Assembly (NCBI GenBank): GCA_965228735.1 | Contig: OZ245838.1 | Coordinates: 5,216,001 to 5,280,000, forward strand | Length of the DNA: 64,000 bases | Direction: 5' to 3' | Origin: Planctomycetota bacterium | GTDB taxonomy: Bacteria > Planctomycetota > UBA1135 > UBA2386 | Shown: piece by piece, positions 29,782 to 39,539 of the stretch | Position numbering within the stretch: position 1 is the first letter of the stretch | Layout: each line of letters begins with the position of its first letter | Translations under genes and position numbers: made by a program | The notes under the pieces: model-generated | What the model was told of the DNA's origin: nothing | The model's database searches: none | The model's input: only the letters and a program-made list of their open reading frames with translations

Positions 29782-31413
29782 CTAGTCCGTCCGGGCTCGG
29801 TTCTTCACCGCGGTGGCGACCGCGCCGACGAGTTCGCGACGCGTGTAGGGTTTCTTCAAGAACGCTGCGATCTCGAAGTTCGCGTCGCTGCGCGCGCGGG
29901 CGTCGCGCTCGGAGTGACCGCTCGACAGCACGACCGGCACGCGGATGCCCTTCTGCGCCATCGCCGCGAGAACCTGCTCGCCGTTGACGAGCGGCATGCT
30001 CCAGTCGAGGACCACGGCCGCGAAGCCCTCCGGATCGGCGACGAGCAGACGGATGGCTTCCGCGCCGCCGGGAGCCGACACCACGGAGTAGCCGGCCTTT
30101 TCGATGCACGTGCAGGCCAGTTGCCGAACGGCGTCCTCGTCGTCGACCACGAGAACCACCTCGCCGGTGCCGGTCTCCAGGGTGCCATGGCCGTTCGTCT
30201 CCGCGCTCGGCGTGGCGCCTTCGGCCAGCGGCAGTTCCACCCGCACGGTCGTCCCGACGCCGGCCTCCGCCTCGATGGCGATCGTGCCGCCGTGGTGCTC
30301 GACGATGCGCTTGCAGATCGAGAGTCCGAGGCCATGACCGCCGGTCTTCGTGCTGTAGAACGGCTCGAACGCGCGCGCCCGCAGCTCGTCGGACATCCCC
30401 TTGCCGTTGTCGGTCACGGTCAGGACCGCGCGCTTGCCGTCCGAGCTCCGCTGCGTCCGAACGTGCACGACCCCTTGGTTGGGCGCGCAGGCCTCCGCGG
30501 CGTTGGTCAGCAGGTTCACGATCAGCTGGCGCAGACTCGTGGGTTGTCCGAGCACCTGGCCCGTGCCGTCGCCCATGTCGCTCTCGATGCGGGCGTGGTT
30601 CTCGAACGCGCCGCGCGTCATCCGGTAGGTCTGTTCGACGATGTCGTTGAGGCTGACCGGCGTCTGCGGCTCGGCGTCGCCGCCGGCATAGGCGAGGATC
30701 TGCCCGGCCAGCTCACTGGCGCGGCGGCCGGTCTCCTCGATCTGGCCCAGCAACTCGACGACACCGGTCGTCGGCGGGACCTCGTCGCGCAGCAGTTCCA
30801 CGCTCCCGAGGATCGCGCACAACAGGTTGTTGAAGTCGTGCGCGACGCCGCTGGCGATGAGTCCGAGGCTGTCCAGGCGTTGCGACGAACGCAGCGCCTC
30901 CTCCGTACGATCGAGTCGATTGCGCATCTTGCGCGCGTCGATCTCGTGCATCACGAGCGTCCCGAGGTTCTTCAGGCTCTCGAGTTCTCGGTCCGCGAGC
31001 TTGCGCGGTTCGGGTCCGAAGGCGCACAACGTTCCGATCCGTTCTCCGCTCGGCGTCGTGAGCGGGACACCGACGTAGAACCGGATGCTGGGTGCGCTGC
31101 ACACGAGGGAGTTGTTCCGCGAGACCGGGTGCTGCGAGGCGTCCTCGTAGTACAGGTGATCCGAATCGGCCTCGACCAGGGTCGAGCAGAAGCCCGGTTC
31201 GCGCGGGACCTCGGCCGCGTCGACGCCGAACGTGGACTTGAACCACACCCGCTTCTTGTGCACGAGCGACACGCACGCGTGCGGCACGGCGAGCATCTGC
31301 GCGACGAGCTCGGTGATCTTGTCGAACGTCAACTCGCGATCGGAGTCGAGGATCGACAGACCCTCGAGCGCGGTCACGCGTCGTCCTTCCACGATAGAGT
31401 GCGAGTCGCTCAT
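29782..31413 (-). CDS. Hybrid sensor histidine kinase (GAF-HisKA-HATPase-REC)
   Basis: GAF (IRFYVGVPL, GTLC), GVAHDFNNLL, NLLTNA, DNGKGM, GLGL, VVDDE...LDWSMP. Confidence 0.93.
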   Translation of the reverse strand: MSDSHSIVEGRRVTALEGLSILDSDRELTFDKITELVAQMLAVPHACVSLVHKKRVWFKSTFGVDAAEVPREPGFCSTLVEADSDHLYYEDASQHPVSRNNSLVCSAPSIRFYVGVPLTTPSGERIGTLCAFGPEPRKLADRELESLKNLGTLVMHEIDARKMRNRLDRTEEALRSSQRLDSLGLIASGVAHDFNNLLCAILGSVELLRDEVPPTTGVVELLGQIEETGRRASELAGQILAYAGGDAEPQTPVSLNDIVEQTYRMTRGAFENHARIESDMGDGTGQVLGQPTSLRQLIVNLLTNAAEACAPNQGVVHVRTQRSSDGKRAVLTVTDNGKGMSDELRARAFEPFYSTKTGGHGLGLSICKRIVEHHGGTIAIEAEAGVGTTVRVELPLAEGATPSAETNGHGTLETGTGEVVLVVDDEDAVRQLACTCIEKAGYSVVSAPGGAEAIRLLVADPEGFAAVVLDWSMPLVNGEQVLAAMAQKGIRVPVVLSSGHSERDARARSDANFEIAAFLKKPYTRRELVGAVATAVKNRARTD

Positions 31414-31599
31414 CGGGGCATCTGCCGCGGCGGTCGGCCGGCGGAGAGGGGGTCATAGTGGACCGTCGGACCCGAGGCCAGGGCGGAGGGGTAAGGCGGC
31501 CGAATCGGCCGGGCCAAACGGACGAGTGCCGAGGCAAGGCGTGACCGGGAAACGGCTTGTGCGGTTCCCGGAGTGTGTGCCGAACGGACGTTCGCGCGC

Positions 31600-32583
31600 T
31601 CACCGGATCAGGAAGCCGTCGCCGAGCGGGTCGTCCGGTTCCAACCAGAACTCCGAGCGACCGGTGACGTGCGCCTGGCCGCGCACCTCGGGCACGATCG
31701 CGGGTGTGCCGCCGACGTCGACCGTGGCCGCGACGCGGACGTCGAAGCTCGTGCCGAGAATGCTCTCGATCGTGATCCAGTCGCTGCCGAGTTCGCCGCG
31801 TGCGTGGTGGATCGCGGCGCGGCCGCTGACGCCGGTGCCCGTCGGCGAGCGATCGACCTCGCCCTCGGCGAAGATGCAGACGTTGCGGCTGTGCGCGCCC
31901 GGCTGCGGCGCGACGAAGATCGTGCCGTAGAGGAAGTTGAGATCGTCGGCGCCGGTCGGGTGCCGCAGCTCGGTGCTCGCTGCGACGGCGTGCTTGATCG
32001 CCATGCCCCGGTCGATGAGCCGATGGCTGTGCTCCGGCGTCAGCGTGAGGCCGAGCGGCTCGGCGTCGACGTAGGCGTAGAACGCGCCGCCGAAGGCGAT
32101 CGTGCAGGCGACGTCACCGAGGCCGTCGACCGCGACCCGGAGGTCGCGAAACACGAACGACGGCACGTTGCGGAACGACACGTCGACGACCTTGCCGTTC
32201 TCGATGTTCGCGGCGGCGAGCACGCGCCCGGCCGGTGTATCGATGCGGATCGCGTCGGGGCTGGCCTCGAACAGCCCGTGTTCGAGGCCGACCTTGACGA
32301 TGGCGATGATGCCGTGGCCGCACATCGTGCTGTAACCCTCGTTGTGCAGGAACAGCACGCCGACGTCACCGTCGCTCGTGGCGGGCGGGGTCAGGATCGC
32401 GCCGTACATGTCGGCGTGCCCGCGCGGCTCGAGCATCAGCATGCGGCGCAGGTGATCCAGGTGCTCGCGGGCGTAGGCGCGGCGCTGCAGGATCGTGTCG
32501 CCGGGAATCTCCGGGTAGCCGGAGGTGATGACGCGGAGCGGCTCACCGGCGGTGTGCGCCTCGATGGTCGTGATCTTCTGCAT
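31600..32583 (-). CDS. Proline racemase family, Cys/Thr type (probable trans-3-hydroxy-L-proline dehydratase)
   Basis: HTAGEPLR, EPRGHADMYG, MCGH and DRSPTGTG (Thr at the second catalytic site). Confidence 0.85.
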   Translation of the reverse strand: MQKITTIEAHTAGEPLRVITSGYPEIPGDTILQRRAYAREHLDHLRRMLMLEPRGHADMYGAILTPPATSDGDVGVLFLHNEGYSTMCGHGIIAIVKVGLEHGLFEASPDAIRIDTPAGRVLAAANIENGKVVDVSFRNVPSFVFRDLRVAVDGLGDVACTIAFGGAFYAYVDAEPLGLTLTPEHSHRLIDRGMAIKHAVAASTELRHPTGADDLNFLYGTIFVAPQPGAHSRNVCIFAEGEVDRSPTGTGVSGRAAIHHARGELGSDWITIESILGTSFDVRVAATVDVGGTPAIVPEVRGQAHVTGRSEFWLEPDDPLGDGFLIR

Positions 32584-32584
32584 G

Positions 32585-33556
32585 TCAGAGCTCGAGCGTC
32601 TGGCCGATATCGAGTCGCTCGGCGCGATCGATCGCGGCGGGTGCGGCGAACAGGTCCTGGACGGCGTGCCCGACCGACTTGAACACCGTGATCTGTTCGG
32701 GGCCGGAGCGGCCGCGGGCCGGGTCGTGCAGCAGATCACCGAGTTCGAGCCAGTCGGTGCTGCTGGTCACACCTGCCGCCTCGGCAGCGACGAGCTCGCC
32801 CGCTTCGTGAATGGCCGATTCGCGCAGGTCGACGACGATGCGGTCGGCGCGTTCGATCGTCGTCGCATCGAGTTCACGCATCGTGAGGCGAAAACTGCCG
32901 ACGCCGTTGACGTGCGCGCCGGCGCGCAGGGCGGCGCCGTCGAAGACGGGCTCCGTCGCGCTCGTCGCCGCGCTGACCACGTCGGCATCCTCGATCGCGT
33001 CCGCAGCGCTCACGGCCACGCGCAGCGCCGTCGTGACCTGCGGCTGCATGCGGGTGACGAACTCCTCGACCCGATCGCTGTTGCGCGCAAACACCCGGAC
33101 CTCGTCGAGTGCGCGCACCGCCGCCATCGCGAGCAGCTGGGTCTCGGCCTGACCGCCGGCTCCGATCACGGCGCCGATCTTCGCGTCGGGGCGCGCGAGC
33201 AGCTCCGTCGCGAGCCCGGCGACGGCGCCCGTGCGGATCGCCGTCAGCGCGCCGCCGTCGCAGATCCCGCGCACCTGCCCCGTCTCGGGATCGAGCACGG
33301 TGACGACACCGGTTGTCGTGAGAAGGCCGCGCGCCGCGTTGCCGGGGAACACGTTCACGACCTTGGCGATCCGACCGACCGCGCCGCTCGCGCCCATCAG
33401 CAGGGTCGTGCGATCCCCCGCCGTGAGATGCACGCGCGGCGGCGCCACGATCTCGCCGGCATGCAGCGCGAGGAACGCGCGCCGACACGCCGCGATGGCG
33501 TCCGCCATCGGCAGGGCCCGGCGGACATCGGCGGCAGAAAGAACGCGCGTGATCAC
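32585..33556 (-). CDS. Ornithine cyclodeaminase/mu-crystallin family (probable delta1-pyrroline-2-carboxylate reductase)
   Basis: LTAIRTGA, IGAGGQA, HVNGVGS, FKSVG.AVQD; start 33556 or 33592. Confidence 0.88.
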   Translation of the reverse strand: MITRVLSAADVRRALPMADAIAACRRAFLALHAGEIVAPPRVHLTAGDRTTLLMGASGAVGRIAKVVNVFPGNAARGLLTTTGVVTVLDPETGQVRGICDGGALTAIRTGAVAGLATELLARPDAKIGAVIGAGGQAETQLLAMAAVRALDEVRVFARNSDRVEEFVTRMQPQVTTALRVAVSAADAIEDADVVSAATSATEPVFDGAALRAGAHVNGVGSFRLTMRELDATTIERADRIVVDLRESAIHEAGELVAAEAAGVTSSTDWLELGDLLHDPARGRSGPEQITVFKSVGHAVQDLFAAPAAIDRAERLDIGQTLEL

Positions 33557-33639
33557 ACCGGCAGCGTAGATGTTCGGCGACCGCTCCGACATTGCGGAAA
33601 CCCAGGGCCGGCCGGGCTGGCTACCATGCCCGCGTGCCC

Positions 33640-34323
33640 GTGCGCGCCGAATCCGACCATGCGTTCTACTGGCGCTGTGGCCTGGGAATGATCGTGTTCC
33701 TCGTTCTCGGCTTCGGCGCGAGAGTGCTCGTTGAACGGGAAGAACGGTCACCGGCGCTCGCGGTGCTCGTGCCGCACATCGTGAGCATCGGGGCGTGGTA
33801 TCTGCTGTTCGCCGTGCAGACCCGATTGATCGCGGCCGGGCGTCGGACGCTGCACCGGCGGTTGGGCTCCGCGAGCGTGCCGCTGGTGCTTGCGTTGCTC
33901 GTCACCGGCGTCGCCGTCACGCGCGCCAACTTCCTCATCAAGGGCGACGCGCCGCTCGTGTTCTTCAACGTGCTCAACCTCGCGCAGTTCACGATCCTCT
34001 ACGCGTGGGCGCTGCTGCGGGTGCGGCAGCCGGCCCTGCACAAGCGGCTCATGCTGTACGGCAGCATCGCGATGATGCCGCCCGCGCTCGTCCGGCTGAT
34101 CCAGGCGATCGGGCTGCCCGAAGTCGCGACGGTGGGGCTCATCATCGGCTGGTGCGTCCCGGGCGTGTTGCACGACCGCGCGACGCTCGGCCGCGTGCAT
34201 CGCGGCACGTGGATCGGCATCGGGACGATCGCGTTCGGCCTGGCGATCGGCGGGCCCGTCGGGTTCAGCGACGGTTGGCGCGACGTCGTGGTGAGTTGGT
34301 TCGGCGAGCCGGCGGTGCGCTGA
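33640..34323 (+). CDS. Conserved-type hypothetical membrane protein
   Basis: About 7 hydrophobic segments; H..W..LF..Q, LHRRLG and HKRLM motifs. Confidence 0.7.
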   Translation: MRAESDHAFYWRCGLGMIVFLVLGFGARVLVEREERSPALAVLVPHIVSIGAWYLLFAVQTRLIAAGRRTLHRRLGSASVPLVLALLVTGVAVTRANFLIKGDAPLVFFNVLNLAQFTILYAWALLRVRQPALHKRLMLYGSIAMMPPALVRLIQAIGLPEVATVGLIIGWCVPGVLHDRATLGRVHRGTWIGIGTIAFGLAIGGPVGFSDGWRDVVVSWFGEPAVR

Positions 34324-34329
34324 CTCCGC

Positions 34330-36165
34330 CTACTGGACGCGCGGCAGTCGCAGCGTCCAGTCGCCGAGCAGCGACCAGAAGTAGCTGCGCTTGCGACCGA
34401 TGTCGCCGCCGGCCTGGCCCCAGCTCGCCGCGCTGGCCTCGGTCGCGAAGTACGCGCGCCAACCGTCGCCCACGGTGCCGCCCTGGCGCAGCGCTTCGAC
34501 GAACCCGCGCGGCTCGTCGTAGAACACCTTGGCCCGGCCGATGAGCGCGACGCACGGCGTGAAGAAGAGGATCGACTCGGCGTGTTGGCGCGCGCCGTAG
34601 CGCGGGTCTTCGAACGGCAGCGCGTGACCCGGCGGGGAGAGCGCCTCGCAGCCGGTGTGGACCATGAGGAACGGCGTCGTCGCCGGCGCGCCGTTGGCCC
34701 AGAGCGTGCGGTAGAAGAAGAACCCCGCGTGGCCGGTTCGACATGCGGAGTGCAGCGACGGCACGAGCGATCGGCCGTGCCGGGTGAAGCTCCACGGCGC
34801 GCCGCCGATCGCGTCGTGCAACGCCGCGATGTCGGTCTTGGCGAACACCGCGTGGTGGCCGTTGCTGTGCGCTCGCAACGTGCGCAACGTCGCGGGCCGC
34901 CCGAACCACTGCGCTACCGCGCGCAGATCGACGCCCTGCTTCACGTCGTAGCCAGCCGTGTCGAACTCCGCCCACGACTCGTGCGCCTGGCGGACGCTGG
35001 CCATTCCCGAGGGCAGACCCCACGCAATCGATGCGGGCCGGTGCGACTCGCTCGGCACGCCGTCCGTGCGGAACGCGTGGTTACGGTCGAAGTACTCGCA
35101 CAGCAACCGCAGCTCGAGGTCTCTGTCCGGCACCCAGACGTGATCCCAGCGCGGTGGCTCGGTGCCGTTTCCGAACTCGACCGCGCGCGGTTTGCCCGCG
35201 GCGTCGAGATACTCCGCGGCCGGGCTCCAGGCGACACCGCGCGCGTCGATGCGCGATACGGCGATCTCCGGCTGCGCGATCGCGTTGACCCGTTCTCGGT
35301 CGGTTGCCGTGCACTCGTGATCGCGGTCGGCGTCATCGATGCGGATCGTGAACTCGCCCTCGTCGACCTCCAGCGCACCGTCGTCGACATGGAACACGTC
35401 GCGGTAGCCCATCGTTCGCGATCGCATCGCGCTGCAGAGGCCGCCGTTCGTGATGTCCTCCGGGTCGGCGAACCACGCTTCGACGCGCTGCAGCTCGCTC
35501 GCCGGGCCGAGGTAGCGCGATTCCCAGTCCCCGTCGAGATCGGCGAGCACCAGGTCGAACTTGTGAGCGACGAGCTCGGGCACGCGCCGCAGCCAGCGCG
35601 CGCCGGCCGGCAGCTTCGTCTTCTTGCCCGCACGATCGGGCAGTTCGACGCGGTTGCTCTTGCGCCAGTTGCAGGTGCGGACGAGCGTCGCATCGGGGAA
35701 GTGGCCGACGAGCACGACACCGGCGAGGTCGACCCGGTCGGCAACGGCCTGCAGCAGGCGCCGGATGCCGAGCACGGTGCGGCCGTCCTCGTGGGGTGCG
35801 CCCGTGCGGACCTTTGCCGTGACGACGTGCGCGCGGTAGCCGTCGCGCGCGAGGTCGGCGGCGTAGCGTGTGAGTCGGTCGTGCAGGGCGCCGATGCGGG
35901 CCCGGCGCGACTCGCGGGTGGCGTCGACGAGCCGGGGTTCGACCAGCACGAGGACACTGGGGGCGGAGTCCGGTCCGGCGGCGGTGACCGGCCGGAGGGC
36001 TTCGAGTTCGGCGCGGCCGTCGCGGTCGACGTCGATCGGGGCGAGTGCCGAGAGATCGAGTTCGGTCTGGGCGACCGCCGCCCCGCCGAGGGCGAGCGCG
36101 CATGCCACCGCGGCGAGCCGGCGGGCCGTGGGCGGTGCGGACTCCCGGGTGCCGTGAGGTCGCAT
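34330..36165 (-). CDS. Secreted protein with a peptidase C25 (gingipain)-like domain
   Basis: Signal peptide; GVVLVGHFP, DLVLADLDGDW, PEIAVSRID, YFDRNH.FR, AHSN and TGCE. Confidence 0.55.
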   Translation of the reverse strand: MRPHGTRESAPPTARRLAAVACALALGGAAVAQTELDLSALAPIDVDRDGRAELEALRPVTAAGPDSAPSVLVLVEPRLVDATRESRRARIGALHDRLTRYAADLARDGYRAHVVTAKVRTGAPHEDGRTVLGIRRLLQAVADRVDLAGVVLVGHFPDATLVRTCNWRKSNRVELPDRAGKKTKLPAGARWLRRVPELVAHKFDLVLADLDGDWESRYLGPASELQRVEAWFADPEDITNGGLCSAMRSRTMGYRDVFHVDDGALEVDEGEFTIRIDDADRDHECTATDRERVNAIAQPEIAVSRIDARGVAWSPAAEYLDAAGKPRAVEFGNGTEPPRWDHVWVPDRDLELRLLCEYFDRNHAFRTDGVPSESHRPASIAWGLPSGMASVRQAHESWAEFDTAGYDVKQGVDLRAVAQWFGRPATLRTLRAHSNGHHAVFAKTDIAALHDAIGGAPWSFTRHGRSLVPSLHSACRTGHAGFFFYRTLWANGAPATTPFLMVHTGCEALSPPGHALPFEDPRYGARQHAESILFFTPCVALIGRAKVFYDEPRGFVEALRQGGTVGDGWRAYFATEASAASWGQAGGDIGRKRSYFWSLLGDWTLRLPRVQ

Positions 36166-36387
36166 GGGCTCACCGACTACGGGGGCTGGGCCGCGGGCGC
36201 AAGCCGCGGGCCCTGGTCCCCGGCTGCGCGCTGGTCCGATGTGGCTCTGGCCCGACGTCGCCCAACTTCGAGGTCCGGCCTGGGACAGCGGATGCTGCCG
36301 TGACACCGGAGGTTGCGGGCCGGGCGCGGCGAAAGAGGGGTTGCAATGGCTCAAGCAAGCTGCAACACTTGACGAAGTGTGCAAGTG

Positions 36388-36741
36388 ATGGAGCATGATT
36401 GCAGCCACGACCATGACGGTCAGCCGGAACCGATCGCGCCCGCGTCGGACCTCGTCGCTCGCGCGGCGGCGTTCTTTCGGGCGCTCGGGGACCCGGCGCG
36501 CCTCGCGGTCGTGGCCGAGCTCTGTGGGCGCGAGCTGTGCGTCTCCGAGCTCGCGGCGCTCAGCGGCGACTCGATGTCCGCGGTCTCACAGCGCCTGCGG
36601 GTGCTGCGCGCGGACGGGCTCGTCGTGCGGCGCCGCGCCGGCAAGCACGTGCACTACTCCCTCGTGGACGACCATGTGGCGGCGCTCGTTCGCAACGCGA
36701 TCGAGCACGCCGACGAGCCACGTGACCCGCGACCGGACTGA
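36388..36741 (+). CDS. ArsR/SmtB metal-sensing repressor with His/Cys N-terminus
   Basis: MEHDCSHDH, FFRALGDPARL, ELCVSEL, SAVSQRLRVL, DDHV...EHADE (alpha5-type site). Confidence 0.9.
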   Translation: MEHDCSHDHDGQPEPIAPASDLVARAAAFFRALGDPARLAVVAELCGRELCVSELAALSGDSMSAVSQRLRVLRADGLVVRRRAGKHVHYSLVDDHVAALVRNAIEHADEPRDPRPD

Positions 36742-36762
36742 ACCTCGAACCGAAGACTGAAC

Positions 36763-37110
36763 ATGAACTGCAACGACAAGCACAACGATCACTCGCATCA
36801 GCACGGCGCCAAGTGTGGGCACCAGGCCGTGCGTCACGACGATCACGTCGACTACCTGCACGACGGTCACCTGCATCACCCGCACGGTGATCACATCGAC
36901 GAGCACCGAATCGACGTGAGCGCGGCCAACCCGGCGGACTGCACGCCGTCGCACTCGTGCGGCGGCCACGACGATGGCCACGAGCACGGCCCGGGCTGCG
37001 GCCACGAAGCGGTGCCGCACGGCGACCACGTCGACTACCTCGTCGACGGTCACCTGCACCACCCGCACGACGGCCACTGCGACGATCACGGCAAGCTCGC
37101 GCTCGCCTGA
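36763..37110 (+). CDS. Histidine-rich putative metal-binding protein with an internal duplication
   Basis: 27 His and 6 Cys in 115 aa; two copies of HxHGxxCGHxAVxHxDHVDYLxDGHLHHPH. Confidence 0.85.
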   Translation: MNCNDKHNDHSHQHGAKCGHQAVRHDDHVDYLHDGHLHHPHGDHIDEHRIDVSAANPADCTPSHSCGGHDDGHEHGPGCGHEAVPHGDHVDYLVDGHLHHPHDGHCDDHGKLALA

Positions 37111-37139
37111 CCGGCGGCCTTCGGTCGCGCGGCTCTCGG

Positions 37140-38018
37140 TTATTGGGCCGCGGGGTCGCCGAGTTCGCGCCGCACGGCCGCACGCGCGATGCGGCCGATC
37201 CACGCGATGACCGCGAGCGTCGCCGCGATCGCGAGAACGGTGGACCAGAGGTTGCCGCCGGCGTCCCAATCGAGTTCGGACAGTTGCGCGCCGACGAGGG
37301 CGACGCCGATCGAACGCGGTGCGATCCCGATCGCGGTGGCGCACGAGAACGGTCCGAGTCGGACCCCGAGTGATGCCATCAGCACGTTGGTCGCGGCGAA
37401 CGGCATGAGCGGCGAGAGCCGCAGCAGCGCGATCAGCCAGACCGTGCGCCAGAAACTGCGGCCGAGCAGCGCTGTGTGGATCCGTTGACTGACGGGTGAC
37501 GCCGCGATCGCGTCGAGCACGCGCGAGCCGATCAGCCGGGCCCAGACCGCGTGGCCGATCGCAGCCGCGCAGATGACGATGGAGAACGCGATGCCCGTGC
37601 CGAGCCACGTGCCGAACACATAGCCGGCGAGCAGGGCCGTGGCGTGGGTCGGCATGAGGCAGGCCGCGGCCAGCACGACGCCGAGCGCCCAGAACGCGAT
37701 CGCCGAAGCGGCGCCGCCGGCTTCGAACCACGGCAACCACGAACCCGACGTCATGATCAGGATCACGACGCCGACCAGCGGCCCGACGCATGCGAGCACG
37801 AGCATCGGCGTCAACGGCCCGAGTCGTATGATCGTGCGCCAGGCGCGTGGGATACGGTGATGAGCTCGGGAAAGGGCGGGTTCGCCCTGTTCTACGTTCG
37901 CCATCGTCGGCTCGTTCGCGCTGCCGCCGTCCTGCTGCGGCTGCCGCGGCTGCTGCTGCTCGTCGCCGCCTGGTTCGCTGACCAGCAGTTCGCCTGACCC
38001 GTCGGTGCCGTCGGTCAC
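37140..38018 (-). CDS. TVP38/TMEM64 (VTT/DedA) membrane protein
   Basis: LLAGYVFG, LLRLSPLMPFA, TAIGIAP; GTGA overlap with the upstream gene. Confidence 0.85.
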   Translation of the reverse strand: MTDGTDGSGELLVSEPGGDEQQQPRQPQQDGGSANEPTMANVEQGEPALSRAHHRIPRAWRTIIRLGPLTPMLVLACVGPLVGVVILIMTSGSWLPWFEAGGAASAIAFWALGVVLAAACLMPTHATALLAGYVFGTWLGTGIAFSIVICAAAIGHAVWARLIGSRVLDAIAASPVSQRIHTALLGRSFWRTVWLIALLRLSPLMPFAATNVLMASLGVRLGPFSCATAIGIAPRSIGVALVGAQLSELDWDAGGNLWSTVLAIAATLAVIAWIGRIARAAVRRELGDPAAQ

Positions 38019-39280
38019 GCTGCCGTGCCCGGTTCGCGGCGCATCGGCGGCCATTGCCAGTACGCGAGGGCGCGCCAGAGCCACTCGAGCGGGCCGAAGC
38101 GGAATCGCTGCAGCCACAGCGGCGAGTACCACAACTGGAAGCCGAAGATCGCGAGGACGATCACCGCCTGCCACACACGACTGACGTGGCCGAAGAGGCC
38201 GAGGCCGTGGCCGTTGTAGATCGTCGTGCAGATCACGCTGTGCATGATGTAGTTCGTGAACGCCATCTGGCCGACGGCGGCGAAGCGTTCGCGCAGCGCG
38301 GGCAGGCTCCCGCGGCGACAGATCAGCATCACGAGGCCGATCCAGCCGAATGCGACGAACAGGCTGCCGACGTAGTTGAAGTTGGCGCCGACGCCCATCG
38401 AGCGCAGCATCTCCCAGTCGTGCATCTCGTGGTCGTAGATGCCCCAGGCGCACAGCGGCAGGCCGATCAGGAAGCCGCCGACGATCATCGTCAGGTAGAA
38501 CCGGTCGCTGCGTTCGGCCGCGAAGACTCCCATGCGGAACAGCGCCATGCCGAGCAGCATGTTCGCGAGGATGCGCCAGCCGAACAGGACGAGGAAGCCG
38601 AGCATCCCCGTCCATTCCTCCGCGCGGTGCGCGACCTGGCCGAGCCAGCCGCCGCGCATCGTCGCGTGCGTGGCCTCGATGTAGTCGCTGCTCGGGGCCC
38701 ACATCGTCTGCAGTTCGGCCAGATCCTCGGCCGGCATCTGGTCGAGGAACGAGAACGCGAGCGGCGGCAGTGAGAAGGCCAGGAAGGCCAGCAGGAACAG
38801 CAGCCAGAGCCAGACCCGCCGCAGCAGGTACGCGACCATCCCGACGATGCCGTAGAAGAACAGGATGTCGCCGATCCACAGCAGCGTCGCGTGCGCGAAG
38901 CCGAACAGCGCGAGCCAGAGCATGCGCCGGTAGTGCAGGCCGGCGGAGCGGCCCGTTCGTTCTTTCGCCCGTGTCGTCATCAGCACGATGCCGGCGCCGA
39001 ACAGCATCGAGAAGATCGTCATGAACTTGGTGTCCGCGACGACGCGGTTGAAGCACCACAGGCCGTACTCGACGGCCGAGATGTCGCCGAGCGCGAACGG
39101 GTGCATGTAGACGGCGAACACGTCGGCGAATGCCTGCATGTTCATCGTCAGCACACCGAACAGGGCGAACCCGCGGAGCACGTCGATGGACCGGATGCGG
39201 CCGGCCTGCACGACCGGAGCAGGGGCTGCAGCAGCGGTTTCGGTGGTTGGGACCTCGGTAGTGGGCGTTGCGTCGGTCAC
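38015..39280 (-). CDS. DUF418 (YeiB-like) membrane protein
   Basis: RIRSIDVLRGFALFG, KFMTIFSMLFGAG, GDILFFYG, VGQMAFTNY, GPLEWLWR. Confidence 0.92.
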   Translation of the reverse strand: MTDATPTTEVPTTETAAAAPAPVVQAGRIRSIDVLRGFALFGVLTMNMQAFADVFAVYMHPFALGDISAVEYGLWCFNRVVADTKFMTIFSMLFGAGIVLMTTRAKERTGRSAGLHYRRMLWLALFGFAHATLLWIGDILFFYGIVGMVAYLLRRVWLWLLFLLAFLAFSLPPLAFSFLDQMPAEDLAELQTMWAPSSDYIEATHATMRGGWLGQVAHRAEEWTGMLGFLVLFGWRILANMLLGMALFRMGVFAAERSDRFYLTMIVGGFLIGLPLCAWGIYDHEMHDWEMLRSMGVGANFNYVGSLFVAFGWIGLVMLICRRGSLPALRERFAAVGQMAFTNYIMHSVICTTIYNGHGLGLFGHVSRVWQAVIVLAIFGFQLWYSPLWLQRFRFGPLEWLWRALAYWQWPPMRREPGTAA

Positions 39281-39293
39281 GGTGGACCGGACG

Positions 39294-39479
39294 CTACCGC
39301 TGCCGTGACCGCGCGTCCAACAGCCCGCCGGCGATGTAGGCGCCGGTCGCGGCGACGACCGCCGACACGTACGGTGCCGTCGCGAGCACGGGGATTTCGG
39401 CGTCGACCAGCAGGTGCGAGAGGGCGACGTAGACGACAACGCCGACCGCGAGCGCTGCGGACGGGTTGCGTGCGGCCAT
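39294..39479 (-). CDS. Small hydrophobic hypothetical protein
   Basis: 61 aa with two hydrophobic segments, co-oriented upstream of DUF418. Confidence 0.4.
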   Translation of the reverse strand: MAARNPSAALAVGVVVYVALSHLLVDAEIPVLATAPYVSAVVAATGAYIAGGLLDARSRQR

Positions 39480-39539
39480 CGTGCGGCATTGCGGCCTCAG
39501 CTCGTTGCATCGATCCGACCTCGCCGTCTACTCGTCCGG

